The notes under the pieces were generated by a model that saw nothing but the letters and a program-made list of their open reading frames with translations, was not told where the DNA came from and made no database searches. This document shows, one piece after another, positions 1 to 10,079 of a stretch of 64,000 nt of DNA (the first letter of the stretch is position 1; each line of letters begins with the position of its first letter). Made by a program: the position numbers and the translations under genes. The DNA is from Pseudomonadota bacterium (GTDB lineage: Bacteria; Pseudomonadota; Gammaproteobacteria; JAKAQQ01), in NCBI GenBank assembly GCA_021810635.1, contig JAJZIH010000004.1, positions 76,131-140,130 on the forward strand. The letters run 5' to 3'.

Positions 1-1741
1 GGTGCCAGTCGATGACGAGGGGAGGGCTCACGGTTTTCTTCTGACCGTGGGTCCGGGCGGCGGGAGGCTTTGCGGCGGGCCGCGGGGCGGCGCTTCCCCG
101 GATCGCGAGCGGGGAGGGAATTGTGGGGTTGAGTGTCATGGCATACAGCCCATCGGCATCGACCACGGCAAAGTTCATGCCGGTGGCGCTGAGTGCCGGA
201 TTGGTGTGGCGGGCCGAGACAAAGTAGAGGTAACGGCCGGCCGGGTCGAAAACGGGATTGCTGTCCGAGTTGTCTCCCCGCGTGACCGGATGCGTGTGAT
301 TGTCCGTCAGGTGATTGAGCCAGATGACCGCCATGCCGTTGCGTCCGACCCGGCTGTAGGCCAGCCACTGTGAATCGGGTGACCAGGAGTAGTCATGAAT
401 CCAGCTGTAGCGGTCCTGGGTGACCCGGACCAGCCGACGGGTCTCGACATTGACCCGCCAGAGCCGTCTGGCACTGTCGGCAAAGGCGATCCACCGGCTG
501 TTGGGCGACCAGAGCGGCCCATAGAGGGAGGCGATCTTGAACTGGGTGAGGATCCGGACCTGGTGCGGATAGCGCACCGACCGGACCGCAATTTCGCTGT
601 GGCCGGTCTGGTTGGTGACGAAGGCCACCCAATGTCCATCCGGCGACTCGACCGGCATGGAGAGGTCGGCCCGGGAGGTTGGAATCAGGTTTTCCGTGGT
701 GCCGTGCTTCAGCGGGACCCGGAAAAGATTGCCCCGGGCACCGAAGAAGGCGACCCGGCCGTCTCCCGACAGGCTGTAGCTCCGTATCGACTTCCAGGCC
801 TTGATCCATTCCGGATGGCGCCGGACACCGTCCAGGGGAAGATGGACATCGATCCGGACCAGATGGCGGGCGGGCAGTTCATAGCAGTAGAGCCGCCCCC
901 CATCCTGGAAAACGATGCCGGTATTGCCGAGACTGGGCCAATCGATGTCATAGCGGCGGAAGAAGGTCAGTTGCCGCTTGTGCCCCGTGGCCAGGTTGTC
1001 TGACCAGAGGTTGAGTACGCCCGAGGGACCGCGGTCGGACGCATAGTAAATGTGGTGATGCCCCCACATGGGGAACGTCGATGTACCCGGCCAGCGGGTG
1101 ATGGCGTGGATCTTGCCGCTCCTCAAGTGATAGATCCAGATCTTTTGGGCCCACCCGCCCCGATAATGCTTGCGGTGGAAGCTCTGGTTGCGGTAGAGCT
1201 TGTTGTAGGCCACGCGCCGTCCGTGAGGACTCAGGGCCAGCGGCCCCGACCACGGCAGGGGAAAGGGTCGAGCGAGACCGCCGGTCACCGGTACGGTGAA
1301 GGCCTTGAAGTATTCGGGGCTGGTACTGTCGCGACGGGACAGGAAAATGACCTTCCGGCTGCCGGGGGTCCATCCGACGACCAGTCCGGGACGATCGGTC
1401 AGGCGGCGGGCATAGCCTCCTCCCGCGGGAATCCGGTAGACGTCCGCGCTTCCGGCGTACTCGCCGGTGAAAGCGATCCAGCGGCCGTTCGGCGAGAACA
1501 GCGGATGGCTGTCATAGCCGGTATCGGCGGTGAGCCGGATGGCGGTCCCCCCCTGGAGACGGACCTGCCAGAGGTTTCCCGCCGCCTCGAAGACGATGGT
1601 CTGGTTGTGGATGGTGGGGAAGCGGATCAGGGCCCTGAGCGCACCAGCAGCGGGTAGGCACAGGCTGCCACAGGCCCAGACGCAGCCCGCGGCGAACAAC
1701 AGGGGTTTCCCGTAACGGCCGGGATGGTCGAAGCATGACAT
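1..1741 (-). CDS. Tricorn-protease-like beta-propeller protein, N-terminal ~580 aa (3' end lies outside the window)
   Basis: Absent from the ORF track because there is no stop inside the window. Hand translation of the minus strand from ATG 1741 (GGGAG 8 nt upstream) is stop-free to position 1: MSCFDHPGRYGKPLLFAAGC...IRFPTIHNQTIVFEAAGNLWQVRLQGGTAIRLTADTGYDSHPLFSPNGRWIAFTGEYAGSADVYRIP... The repeated PD40/TolB-type blades are typical of bacterial tricorn homologues. Confidence 0.7.
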   Translation of the reverse strand, partial: MSCFDHPGRYGKPLLFAAGCVWACGSLCLPAAGALRALIRFPTIHNQTIVFEAAGNLWQVRLQGGTAIRLTADTGYDSHPLFSPNGRWIAFTGEYAGSADVYRIPAGGGYARRLTDRPGLVVGWTPGSRKVIFLSRRDSTSPEYFKAFTVPVTGGLARPFPLPWSGPLALSPHGRRVAYNKLYRNQSFHRKHYRGGWAQKIWIYHLRSGKIHAITRWPGTSTFPMWGHHHIYYASDRGPSGVLNLWSDNLATGHKRQLTFFRRYDIDWPSLGNTGIVFQDGGRLYCYELPARHLVRIDVHLPLDGVRRHPEWIKAWKSIRSYSLSGDGRVAFFGARGNLFRVPLKHGTTENLIPTSRADLSMPVESPDGHWVAFVTNQTGHSEIAVRSVRYPHQVRILTQFKIASLYGPLWSPNSRWIAFADSARRLWRVNVETRRLVRVTQDRYSWIHDYSWSPDSQWLAYSRVGRNGMAVIWLNHLTDNHTHPVTRGDNSDSNPVFDPAGRYLYFVSARHTNPALSATGMNFAVVDADGLYAMTLNPTIPSPLAIRGSAAPRPAAKPPAARTHGQKKTVSPPLVIDWH

Positions 1742-1929
1742 GGGCAAATCTCCCGGAGGGTGTCCTATTGTATGCCAGGAGAAGGCCCTCCCCGCGGGCA
1801 ACCCCTGCGGGGTGTGAGCTTCCGGCAACCGGTCTGGGTCCCGTCTGGCGGCAGCATGGACAAGGGAGCCCCTCCGGTTCAGAATAGAACGACTGGTTCC
1901 AGCCCCCTCCCACCCAGAGGATCGCTCCC

Positions 1930-2601
1930 GTGAAACGAATGCTGTTTGTGCTGACCGGCGTCTTGTGTGTTGTTCTCGCTTCCTGTGCCACCGAGCACCC
2001 GGCCCCGCCAAAAAAGGTGAAGCCGGCTCCTCATGTAACGCAAACCATGCCCACCTCGGCCACCAGTCTGCGGGCCGCGCAGGCGCTGGCGGCGCGGGCG
2101 CGACGCGAAGCCGCCTTCCGGGCCTGGATGAAGGCCCATCCGGGACTGGCTGAGCGGTCGGTGTATTTCAATTTCAACCGTTCCCGTGTCCACAGCCGCT
2201 ACGAAAAGATGCTCAAGGCGCAGGCCCAGTACCTGTTTTCCCATGCTCGGGCAGTCGTCCGCCTGGAGGGAAACTGCGATGCGCGGGGTACGGTCGGCTA
2301 CAATCTGGCACTCGGCCAGAAACGGGCTCATGCGGTGGCCGGACTGCTCGAGTCCTTGGGGACGAATCCTGCCCAGGTCGAGGTTGTGAGCTACGGCAAG
2401 CAGCGCCCCGTGGCGCGTGGCAATAACCCGCCGGCGTGGGCCGTGAACCGCCGCGTCGACCTCGTCTACGTACGCCGGCCGCCCAAGGGATGTGTGTCGG
2501 CGTTGCCGGGCCGGGACCGGTCCCAGCCTCGGCGCTGGCGGATGCGCCAACTGAGGCGCCTCAAGTCCCGCCTGTGTCAAGGGGCCACTTTTTCGAAGTA
2601 G
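1930..2601 (+). CDS. OmpA/Pal-family peptidoglycan-associated lipoprotein
   Basis: GTG start followed by the lipobox VVLASC. C-terminal OmpA-like domain (NCDARGTVGYNLALGQKRAHAV...NRRVDLVY). The ~40-aa Arg-rich tail after the usual family end may be read-through. Confidence 0.8.
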   Translation: MKRMLFVLTGVLCVVLASCATEHPAPPKKVKPAPHVTQTMPTSATSLRAAQALAARARREAAFRAWMKAHPGLAERSVYFNFNRSRVHSRYEKMLKAQAQYLFSHARAVVRLEGNCDARGTVGYNLALGQKRAHAVAGLLESLGTNPAQVEVVSYGKQRPVARGNNPPAWAVNRRVDLVYVRRPPKGCVSALPGRDRSQPRRWRMRQLRRLKSRLCQGATFSK

Positions 2602-2636
2602 CCCACGACGGAGCCGGGGGCCCCGCGCGTCGGGCG

Positions 2637-2975
2637 TTAGGACGGGGGAGGAGGGGCTCCGTGGGCGGCCGTCTCCTCCAGGGTCCTGACCAGGGGACGT
2701 GCCCACCCCGGATGGACCAGCAACTCCCCCCGTTGCCGGTGGAGCCCGTCGGGTGAAAAGTCGAATTCGTAACGCCGCACGAGGACCCAGCCGCGGGTAC
2801 TGCGGCTCAACCGAAGCGATTTCAGGCTCACGGTTTCGTCCAGGAATTGCCAGCCCATTTCCTCGCAGTACTGGCGGCCGTAGGCAGAGAGCGCGGCCTT
2901 GCGGTCCGTCTGGCCGATGACCGTAAGCGTCACGGCCGCTCCAACCGCCAAACCGATCAAGACCAGAAGCGTCAT
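2637..2975 (-). CDS. DUF3301-like small membrane protein
   Basis: 112 aa with an N-terminal TM helix (MTLLVLIGLAVGAAVTLTVI). The pattern QFLDETVSLKSLRLSR...RRYEFDFS.DG..R.GEL is recalled from the DUF3301 family; the assignment is from memory. Confidence 0.55.
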   Translation of the reverse strand: MTLLVLIGLAVGAAVTLTVIGQTDRKAALSAYGRQYCEEMGWQFLDETVSLKSLRLSRSTRGWVLVRRYEFDFSPDGLHRQRGELLVHPGWARPLVRTLEETAAHGAPPPPS

Positions 2976-3028
2976 CCGAAAATCCTGCTTTTCCGCCTCA
3001 GCACAAGGCTAGCATAGGCTGGATGCGG

Positions 3029-4657
3029 CTAGGGGCCCACCTCGTAGACGGTTTCGACAACCTTGGGCAGATCCCGGGTCATGGCGGTGAACGCGGCCCG
3101 GGTGTGGTCCCGGTCGAGGCTGTTCCACAGGGCCAGTCCGAGGATGACCAGGCTCCAGAGTGCCACGAGGAGGTTGCCGGAGAAGAAACTCAGGAAGTTC
3201 TCCCCCCCCAGCCGGGTCGGTCCGAGCCAGCTCAGTCCCCAGAGCCCGCCGAAATAGGGAATCAGCCACAGGGCATGGAAGGCGTTCAGGGGGGGGGTTG
3301 GCCGACGGCGGCCGTATTTCTGGATGGCATAGCCAATCATGTAGACGATGAACAGGCCGAGCAGGATTCCGAAGACATAGGTGTCCGTTTTGAACCCGGT
3401 CCAGAAGATGATCCAGTTGGCAACGATGAAGGCGAGAGGCGCAATGATCCAGGCCCAGCGCAGGCGAAAACGGCGTTCAAGGTCCGGCAGACGGTTGCGC
3501 AACTGGAGCAGAACCACGGGCCCGATGCCGTAGGACAGAACGGTCGAGGAAGAAATCACGGCGACCAATTTCTGCCAGGAGGGAAAGGGAAAGAGGAAAA
3601 TGGCGCCGATCACGAAAGTCGCGATGAGCGCCGACCACGGAACTCCCCGGGCATTGATCAGGGTGAGCCGACTGGGTCCCGCTCCCACCTCCCCGGTGGC
3701 CATGAGAATGCGGGACGTGGTTGTGGTGTAAATGAAGGCGGTGCCGGTGGGGGAAACCACGGCATTGAGGTAGATGAAGTAGCTCCACCACACCGCGCCG
3801 GCGGTGACGACCATGGTCGCCAGTGGTCCCGCAGAGCCCTTGAATCGAAGTCCGCTCCACCCGTCCTTGAGGATCAGGGCCGGATTGATCGAGCCCAGGA
3901 TCGCGTATTGCAGTCCGACGTAGACGAAGGTGGCGATGATGACGGAACCGACGACGGCGAAAGGAATGTTGCGGCGGGGATCCCGGGTCTCGCCGGCCAG
4001 ATCAATCGCCTGGCGGAAACCTAGAAAGCTGAAGATGATGCCGGCCGTTGCCACCGACGTGAAAACCCCGTCGCGTGGCGTGGTCTTGAGCGCCAGCGTG
4101 AGATTGCCGGGGTGGAAGGAGAATGTCAGGAGAATGGCGACGGTGACGATTGCAATCAGAATTTTCCACCACGTGGCGGTGCTATTGATGAATAGGACCC
4201 AGCGGATGACGAGGAAATTCATGGCGACGATGAGCGTGAGCAGGACGATCGCGGCTCCGTATCCCCAGGTGGTCAACAGATGCTGGGGGCCATAGACGAG
4301 ACCGGGGAGGTAGTTGTTGGCATACGACAGGACGGCTAAGACCTCGGCCGGCGGCACTGTCACATAGGCGAGAAACAGGATCCAGCTCCAGATCCGGCCC
4401 ACGAGTTCACCGTGACTGAGGTGACTCAGGTGCACCAGCACGCCGCTTTTGGGAACCAGGATGGCCAGTTCGGCAAACACAAAAGCCAGGAGGAGGACGG
4501 CTGCGGCGCCGATCAGCCAGGAGGCGATGCTCCAGGGCCCGGCTTCCTGCATGGCCAGGAATGGGCCCAGGAGCCAACCGGATCCGATGATCCCCGAGAC
4601 ACTCGAATAGAGGAGCCCGATGCGGCCGGCATCCCGTTTGAGAAGGTGTTGGGTCAC
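3029..4657 (-). CDS. APC-superfamily amino-acid/polyamine permease
   Basis: 542 aa and strongly hydrophobic with about 12 TM segments. N-terminal SGIIGSGWLLGP motif and overall APC-like organisation. Confidence 0.85.
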   Translation of the reverse strand: MTQHLLKRDAGRIGLLYSSVSGIIGSGWLLGPFLAMQEAGPWSIASWLIGAAAVLLLAFVFAELAILVPKSGVLVHLSHLSHGELVGRIWSWILFLAYVTVPPAEVLAVLSYANNYLPGLVYGPQHLLTTWGYGAAIVLLTLIVAMNFLVIRWVLFINSTATWWKILIAIVTVAILLTFSFHPGNLTLALKTTPRDGVFTSVATAGIIFSFLGFRQAIDLAGETRDPRRNIPFAVVGSVIIATFVYVGLQYAILGSINPALILKDGWSGLRFKGSAGPLATMVVTAGAVWWSYFIYLNAVVSPTGTAFIYTTTTSRILMATGEVGAGPSRLTLINARGVPWSALIATFVIGAIFLFPFPSWQKLVAVISSSTVLSYGIGPVVLLQLRNRLPDLERRFRLRWAWIIAPLAFIVANWIIFWTGFKTDTYVFGILLGLFIVYMIGYAIQKYGRRRPTPPLNAFHALWLIPYFGGLWGLSWLGPTRLGGENFLSFFSGNLLVALWSLVILGLALWNSLDRDHTRAAFTAMTRDLPKVVETVYEVGP

Positions 4658-4925
4658 GCGGGGTCCGGAACGACGACGGTGGGAGGGGAAATGCGCTCTC
4701 CGGACAGGAGGCCGTCAAGCCCCGGGCCGGAGAGGATCATTCGGCTCCGCATCTTCGGACTCCGGGCCGACCGGGAGGGAGGCACCGGTCCCTGGGGGCA
4801 CGGCGGTTCAAGGTTCCAGACCCAGAAATGGCAAAAGCGCTGGTCCGATTCAGTACAATAGGCTTATTGTAACCAGAAGATTTTCCCACCGCCGGGTTTT
4901 CTGCGGAGGGGTGGAGGCGTTTCAG

Positions 4926-5534
4926 GTGAGCCAAGATCCGCGATCTGATGTGCCGGTCCCCGAGGCCGTGGTCGCCCGTTTCCAGGCGCTCCTGGATCAG
5001 GCGCGGCAAGCGGAGATCCCAGAACCTTCGGCCATGTCACTGGCCACCGTTTCTCCCGCGGGTGCACCCTCGGTCCGTACGGTTCTGCTCAAGTCCTGGA
5101 GCGCCTGCGGGATTGATTTTTACACCAACTTGAACAGTTGCAAGGCACGGCATCTTGAGGCTCACCCCCAGGCGGCCGTCTGTTTTTATTGGGGTCCCTT
5201 GTGGCGCCAAGTCCTCATGGAGGGCGGGGTTGAAAGACAGTCGGATCGCGAGAGCGACGCCTATTGGGAAACCCGGCCCCGGGACCACCAACTGGGCGCC
5301 TGGAGCTCAAGCCAGTCGCAGCCCCTGTCCAGCCGCGATTTCCTGGAATCGGAGTACCGGCGTTACGAGTTGTTTTTCGAGGGCCGGCCGATTCCCCGCC
5401 CGCCTTATTGGGGAGGATTTCACCTGCATCCCACGCTCATTGAATTCTGGAGCGGACAGGCCGGACGTCTCCATGAGCGGGACCGTTATACGGTGGTGGA
5501 GGGTCGTTGGACCCACCAGCTGTACTTTCCCTGA
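4926..5534 (+). CDS. pdxH: Pyridoxamine 5'-phosphate oxidase
   Basis: The C-terminal part of track ORF 4620..5534 aligns by eye to E. coli PdxH (…RTVLLKSW…FYTNLNS.KA…IEFWSGQAGRLHERDRY…). In-frame GTG at 4926 with GGAGG 8 nt upstream; the 5' 100 codons of the ORF are Arg/Gly-rich noise. Confidence 0.85.
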   Translation: MSQDPRSDVPVPEAVVARFQALLDQARQAEIPEPSAMSLATVSPAGAPSVRTVLLKSWSACGIDFYTNLNSCKARHLEAHPQAAVCFYWGPLWRQVLMEGGVERQSDRESDAYWETRPRDHQLGAWSSSQSQPLSSRDFLESEYRRYELFFEGRPIPRPPYWGGFHLHPTLIEFWSGQAGRLHERDRYTVVEGRWTHQLYFP

Positions 5535-5641
5535 CCCATGCGTGGCCGCTCCGATGTGACGGAGAAGATCCTTCTTCCTCCGTGTCCTGAACCCTCCCGG
5601 AGCGCTCGCGTTCCATCCAACTCCTGATCTGGAGAAATCGC

Positions 5642-6706
5642 ATGCCTTCCCGTCTCTTTTCCCCTTTAGAGATCCGTGGGGAACGGTTCCGCAACCGGAT
5701 CTTTGTCTCCCCCATGTGCCAGTACTCGGCCCGACAGGGGCTGGCCCAGGTGTGGCACTTGGTGCACTTGGGATCCCGGGCCGTTGGGGGGGCCGGTCTC
5801 GTTGCGACGGAGGCGACGGCCGTCTGCCCGGAAGGACGCATCTCTCCGGCTGATACTGGGCTCTGGAACGATGACCAGTGTCTGGCCTGGGCACCCATCG
5901 CCGCGTTCATCCGCGAACAGGGGGCGGTCCCCGCCATCCAGTTGGCCCATGCGGGACGGAAAGCGTCGACTGATCTTCCCTGGCTGGGCGGCCGTCCCCT
6001 GGATTCCGGACAGGGGGGCTGGCCGGTGGTCGCCCCTTCCCCCCTGCCCTTCGATACCGGCTATCCCGTCCCCCAGGAGTTGGATCGGGAAGGAATCCGG
6101 AAGATCGTCCGCGCGTTTGCCAGGGCAGCCGGCCGTGCCCTCGAGGCGGGTTTCGGAGTGGTCGAACTGCATTTTGCCCACGGGTACTTGGGCCACGAGT
6201 TTCTTTCGCCGCTCAGTAACCACCGCAACGACGACTACGGAGGCTCGCTCGAGAACCGCATGCGCTTCCCGCTCGACGTGGTCCGTGCCGTCCGGGCCGT
6301 GTGGCCGTCCTCGCACCCGCTTTTCGTTCGGCTGTCGGTGACCGACTGGGTTCCGGGTGGCTGGGATCTGGCTTCCTCCATCACGCTGGCACGGGAGTTC
6401 GGGCGGGAGGGCGTCGATTTGATCGATTGCTCGAGCGGGGGTAACGTCCCGCGGGCCGAGATCCCTGTAGGTCCCGGCTTCCAGACGGGCTTTGCGGAGG
6501 CGATCCGGCGCGAAACCGGCGTGCTCACGGGTGCCGTCGGGCTCATCACGGAACCCGTCCAGGCGGAGCACGTCCTGGGAACCGGACAGGCCGATGTGGT
6601 GTTTCTGGCTCGGGCCGAACTCCGCAATCCGTATTGGCCGCTCGCGGCGGCCCGTCTTCTCGGGGTCGAGCACGACTGGCCCGCCCCGTATCTCCGCGGA
6701 AAATAG
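5642..6706 (+). CDS. Old Yellow Enzyme family NADH:flavin oxidoreductase (YqjM/NamA-like)
   Basis: 354 aa. Motifs: LFSPLEIRG..FRNRI.VSPMCQY, HLGSRAVGGAGLV.TEATAV, ELHFAHGYL, NHRNDDYGGSLENRMRF. Confidence 0.85.
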   Translation: MPSRLFSPLEIRGERFRNRIFVSPMCQYSARQGLAQVWHLVHLGSRAVGGAGLVATEATAVCPEGRISPADTGLWNDDQCLAWAPIAAFIREQGAVPAIQLAHAGRKASTDLPWLGGRPLDSGQGGWPVVAPSPLPFDTGYPVPQELDREGIRKIVRAFARAAGRALEAGFGVVELHFAHGYLGHEFLSPLSNHRNDDYGGSLENRMRFPLDVVRAVRAVWPSSHPLFVRLSVTDWVPGGWDLASSITLAREFGREGVDLIDCSSGGNVPRAEIPVGPGFQTGFAEAIRRETGVLTGAVGLITEPVQAEHVLGTGQADVVFLARAELRNPYWPLAAARLLGVEHDWPAPYLRGK

Positions 6707-6728
6707 CCGCCGCGCCCGCCGGCGGGAC

Positions 6729-8289
6729 CTAGATCGCGGAGCCGGTGTCGTAATCCGCGGCGCAGGTCTGGTCCGTTCCCCGGGTGGATGAGAACGCGGA
6801 CAGCAGCAGGGTCCCCAGAATGGAGGCGGCGAAATTGAGGAGGACGGCCACGACCGCGATGTAGACCGGCATCGCTTCCCGGCCCCAATGGATGACGGTC
6901 ACCGCACTGGTGAAATGGTTCATCGCCATGAGGCTGGTTCCGGTCGCCATGCCGAGTGTCCAGCCGGCGACCAGGGCCCAGCGGTGGAACCAGCGCGTAT
7001 AGAGACCGGCGGCGACGCTCGGCAGGAGCTGGATGATCCAGATCCCGCCCAACAGTTGGAAGTCGATCGCATAGTGGAAGGGAATCTCGAGGACGAAGAG
7101 CAGGGCTCCGATCTTGATCGCGAGTGAACTCCATTTCGCGGCCCGGGCTTCGGTGGCGGGAGCGGCCTGCGGATTCACGTAGGTCCGGTAGATGTTCCGG
7201 GTGAAGAGATTGGCTGCGGCAATCGACATGATGGCGGCCGGGACGAGTGCTCCGATGGCGATGGCGGCCAGGGCCACGGCGGCAAACCAGGGGGGGAAGT
7301 TGGCCAGAATCAGGGCGGGCACGGCAAAATTGCTGCCGTAGCGGTGAAAGGCCGGGGCGAAGGCCGCGGCGGCCAGCGCCCGGTGATCGGCCATGGCCAT
7401 GAACCCGAGGAAACTGAGCAGGCCGAGGATGAAGCTGTAGGCCGGCAGATAGGTCATGTTGCGGCGGATGACCCCGGGGTTTTGTGCACTGAGGACGCCG
7501 GTCGTGGCATGCGGATAGAGGAAGAGGGCCAATGCGGAGCCCAAGGCCAGCGTGATGAAGGCGCTCGCCGGACCCAGGGAATGGGCCGCGGAGGCGGGCA
7601 GGAGCAACCGGGCCGGGGGGACCGCTGCGAAGATCTTCCCATAGCCTCCGAGGTGCATCGGAATGATCACGATACAGGCCAGTGCCGTAATGTAGATGAG
7701 GGCATCCTTGACGACGGCGATCAGGGCGGGGGCCCGGAGACCGCTGGTGAACGTGTAGGCGGCGAGAAATCCGAAGGCGACGATCAGGGGAAGGCCGGCC
7801 CAGGAGCCTCGTAACGGGAATCCCACGGCGGCCAGGACGACTTCGAGGCCGATCAACTGAAGGGCGATATAGGGCAGCGTGGCCAGGATTCCAGTCAGGG
7901 CAACGAGCAGAGCCAGGGTCGGGCTGCCGTAGCGGCCCTGCACGAAATCCGCCGTTGTGATGTATCCGTTGTCGGCGACTGACCTGCCAGAGCCGTGGCA
8001 GCGCGAGCAGGGCCACTGGGAATGCGATGATGGTGTAGGGGAGGGCAAAGTAGCCGAGGGCGCCCGTCCCGAAAATCAGTGCGGGAACGGCAATGAAGGT
8101 ATAGGCCGTGTAGAGGTCGCCCCCCAGGAGAAACCAGGTCAGCCAGCCGCCGAGACGTCGCCCGGCCAGGCCCCATTCCTCAAGCCGGTCCAGGGGGGCG
8201 CGTCTCCAGCGCGTAGCCAGAAAACCCAGAACGGTGACCAGCGCGAAAAGGCCGACAAAGATGAGGAGCGGAGTCGTCTCGGGTTTCAT
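6729..8289 (-). pseudogene. Sodium:solute symporter (SSF) family transporter, interrupted by a single frameshift near 7968
   Basis: The N-terminal ~107 aa (MKPETTPLLIFVGLFALVTV...ALPRLWQVSRRQ) lie in the frame of track ORF 6235..8370. The remaining ~413 aa (GYITTADFVQGRYGSPTLALLVALTGILATLPYIALQL...) lie in the frame of ORF 6729..8048. The junction CGA CAA C GGA TAC carries one extra base relative to a continuous reading. Confidence 0.7.
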
Positions 8290-8567
8290 GGCGGCTTTTT
8301 TCGGCGGGCCGGGGATTTGCGGATCAGGTAGGCCACGAGCCCGTTGAAGACACCGGACAGAGGGATCCAAGCCAGCAGATAGACGTAAAAGAAGGGAATC
8401 CCCCAGAGGATCGGATGTCGGTGGTTGAACACGGGGACCCAGAGGCTCCCGAGGATGGGAATGAGGAGGAGAAGGGCCCAGTATCCTCGGCGCGACCGAT
8501 GCCGGTCGTTCTCCCCCGTTCCGTCAGGGCGTGGGGCCACGATGGCTGGTTCCGGGTGGCGCTTCAT
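8286..8567 (-). CDS. DUF3311-type small membrane protein (usual partner of SSF symporters)
   Basis: 93 aa with two TM helices (YWALLLLIPILGSLWVPVF, ILWGIPFFYVYLLAWIPLSGV). ATGA overlap with the symporter start (8286-8289) and with the GT2 stop (8564-8567). Confidence 0.6.
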   Translation of the reverse strand: MKRHPEPAIVAPRPDGTGENDRHRSRRGYWALLLLIPILGSLWVPVFNHRHPILWGIPFFYVYLLAWIPLSGVFNGLVAYLIRKSPARRKKPP

Positions 8568-9313
8568 GGCGGAGGGTTCCGGGTCCGGCAGCGACCGGAG
8601 CCCCGCCAGTGGGTCAGCACGACTGCACTGATGGCGAGAGTGTCCCGGATGGGCCGAAAGTGGCTCCGCCGGGCATCGGCGGGATAGTGCCCCGACACCG
8701 GGATTCCGATGATGGGGAATCCCTGACGACCGAGCGAGATGAGGACTTCGCTTTCAAATGGGAAACCCTGGGTACGCGGAGGCCGGTGCGTGATGGCGGC
8801 GATCGCCTCCGCCGGATAAACCCGGAAACCCGACTGCGTGTCCTGGAGCGGGATCGTGGCCAAGTGCGAAATGAAACAGTCGGCCACCCGGTTTGCCCCG
8901 ACCCGGATCCGCGGGGCGGCGGTCTTCTCGCGGATACCCAAGATCAGGGCACGCGGGTTCCCGGCCGCCGCCCCGAGCAGCTGCGGGATGTCCGCCGGAT
9001 CGTGCTGGCCGTCCCCATCCAGGGTGACCACCCAACGATACCCGTGCTGGCGTGCGAACCGGAAGCCGGTGAGGAGGGCGGCTCCCTTCCCCAGGCGCCG
9101 GGCATGTCGGATGACCGTGGCCCCGTGCGCGGAGGCGATCCGTGCCGAATCGTCCCGTGATCCGTCGTCGGTCACGAGGCACGGATGGTGCAGGGCGAGT
9201 ACCCGGTCCAGCAGAGAGGCCAGGGTCCGGCTCTCGTCGAGCGCCGGGATGAGGACCAGTACCGGGGCCGGTTCGGGTTCGTGGGAGGTCGCGACCGAGA
9301 CGGGAGTTTTCAT
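8564..9313 (-). CDS. Family 2 glycosyltransferase
   Basis: 249 aa. Motifs: LVLIPALDES, VTDDGSRDDS, TLDGDGQHD, DTQSGFRVY. ATGA overlap with the upstream KS-like gene. Confidence 0.8.
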   Translation of the reverse strand: MKTPVSVATSHEPEPAPVLVLIPALDESRTLASLLDRVLALHHPCLVTDDGSRDDSARIASAHGATVIRHARRLGKGAALLTGFRFARQHGYRWVVTLDGDGQHDPADIPQLLGAAAGNPRALILGIREKTAAPRIRVGANRVADCFISHLATIPLQDTQSGFRVYPAEAIAAITHRPPRTQGFPFESEVLISLGRQGFPIIGIPVSGHYPADARRSHFRPIRDTLAISAVVLTHWRGSGRCRTRNPPP

Positions 9314-10077
9314 GCTGGCGGGCGGTTCCGGGCAGCCAGGTGGAGGATCAGGTCGTGCTGCTCCGAGAGGGGAAAGATCCTGCTTTGGGGAGGGGGTGCG
9401 ACTTCGCTGGTGTCTCCGAAGCCGGCCGGCGGCCAGGGATCTGCCGGAACGGGTGCCGCGCCCAGGGATCGCTCACGGAGTTCGAAGGTCAAAAGCCGCC
9501 TCGGGCGGCGGTCCGGATCGGGTGGTTTTGGGGATTCGAGGACGAAGGCCGACGCACGCGCGGGGGGCGAGCCAAAAACCGGTTTCAGGCGGTCGGGAAC
9601 CGTCATCTCGTAATAGACATAGAGCACGGGGGTTTCGGGTTCCGCGCGGAGTTGCCCGAGTGCGGCAAGAAAACCCATGGCGAACGAAAAGGGCCCGGCG
9701 GCCACGGCACGGCAGGGATTCCTGGATTGCGCGGCAATGGCCCAGTAGCCCGCCGCGGTGTTGTGCACGGAGTTGTGGAACAACACGGGAGACAACTCCA
9801 GGGGTTGTTCCACCAGGGTGGTACAGAGTCGGTCGGTGATTTCGAGCTCGCCCAAGGCCGAGGAAAAAACGGTCGACAGGGTTGCAGGTTGCCGGCCGGC
9901 CTCGAGGCAGGCCCGTTCCGCTGCGAGACCGCATAAACGAGCGGCGCGCGTGGCATGGCGCAGTTCCGCGTGGGTGAACGCCACGGGTTCGGTAACCATG
10001 GAACCTTCCGGCGAGCGGTCCGGGTCCGCGCAATCGTCCGCAAACCCCAAGCCCGAGAGCCAGACGTGTTCCCCCAT
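9310..10077 (-). CDS. Beta-ketoacyl synthase N-terminal-like protein without catalytic Cys (chain-length-factor-type KS partner)
   Basis: ATG at 10077, 2 nt after the KS stop. The motif LSPVLFHNSVHNTAAGYWAIA is typical of the Cys-less KS-like partner found in aryl-polyene-type clusters. The longer track ORF (to 10542) overlaps the KS gene and is rejected. Confidence 0.6.
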   Translation of the reverse strand: MGEHVWLSGLGFADDCADPDRSPEGSMVTEPVAFTHAELRHATRAARLCGLAAERACLEAGRQPATLSTVFSSALGELEITDRLCTTLVEQPLELSPVLFHNSVHNTAAGYWAIAAQSRNPCRAVAAGPFSFAMGFLAALGQLRAEPETPVLYVYYEMTVPDRLKPVFGSPPARASAFVLESPKPPDPDRRPRRLLTFELRERSLGAAPVPADPWPPAGFGDTSEVAPPPQSRIFPLSEQHDLILHLAARNRPPA

Positions 10078-10079
10078 GG

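Noticed and set aside
1-1741. TolB, because of the beta-propeller repeats next to a Pal-like gene
   Set aside because: The gene is divergent from pal rather than upstream of it on the same strand. More than 580 aa are already in the window without a stop, whereas TolB is ~430 aa. The N-terminal IRFPTIH...IVF...LW pattern fits tricorn-type proteases.
3023-4024. 333-aa plus-strand ORF
   Set aside because: It is antisense to the APC permease. It is acidic and Gly-rich low-complexity sequence.
6235-8370. 711-aa ORF, the longest in this region of the track
   Set aside because: Only its codons from 8289 to ~7970 look like a membrane protein. The rest is Arg/Pro/Gly-rich off-frame sequence running through the symporter and the 3' end of the OYE gene, kept open by the GC content. 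The real coding signal switches to the frame of ORF 6729..8048.
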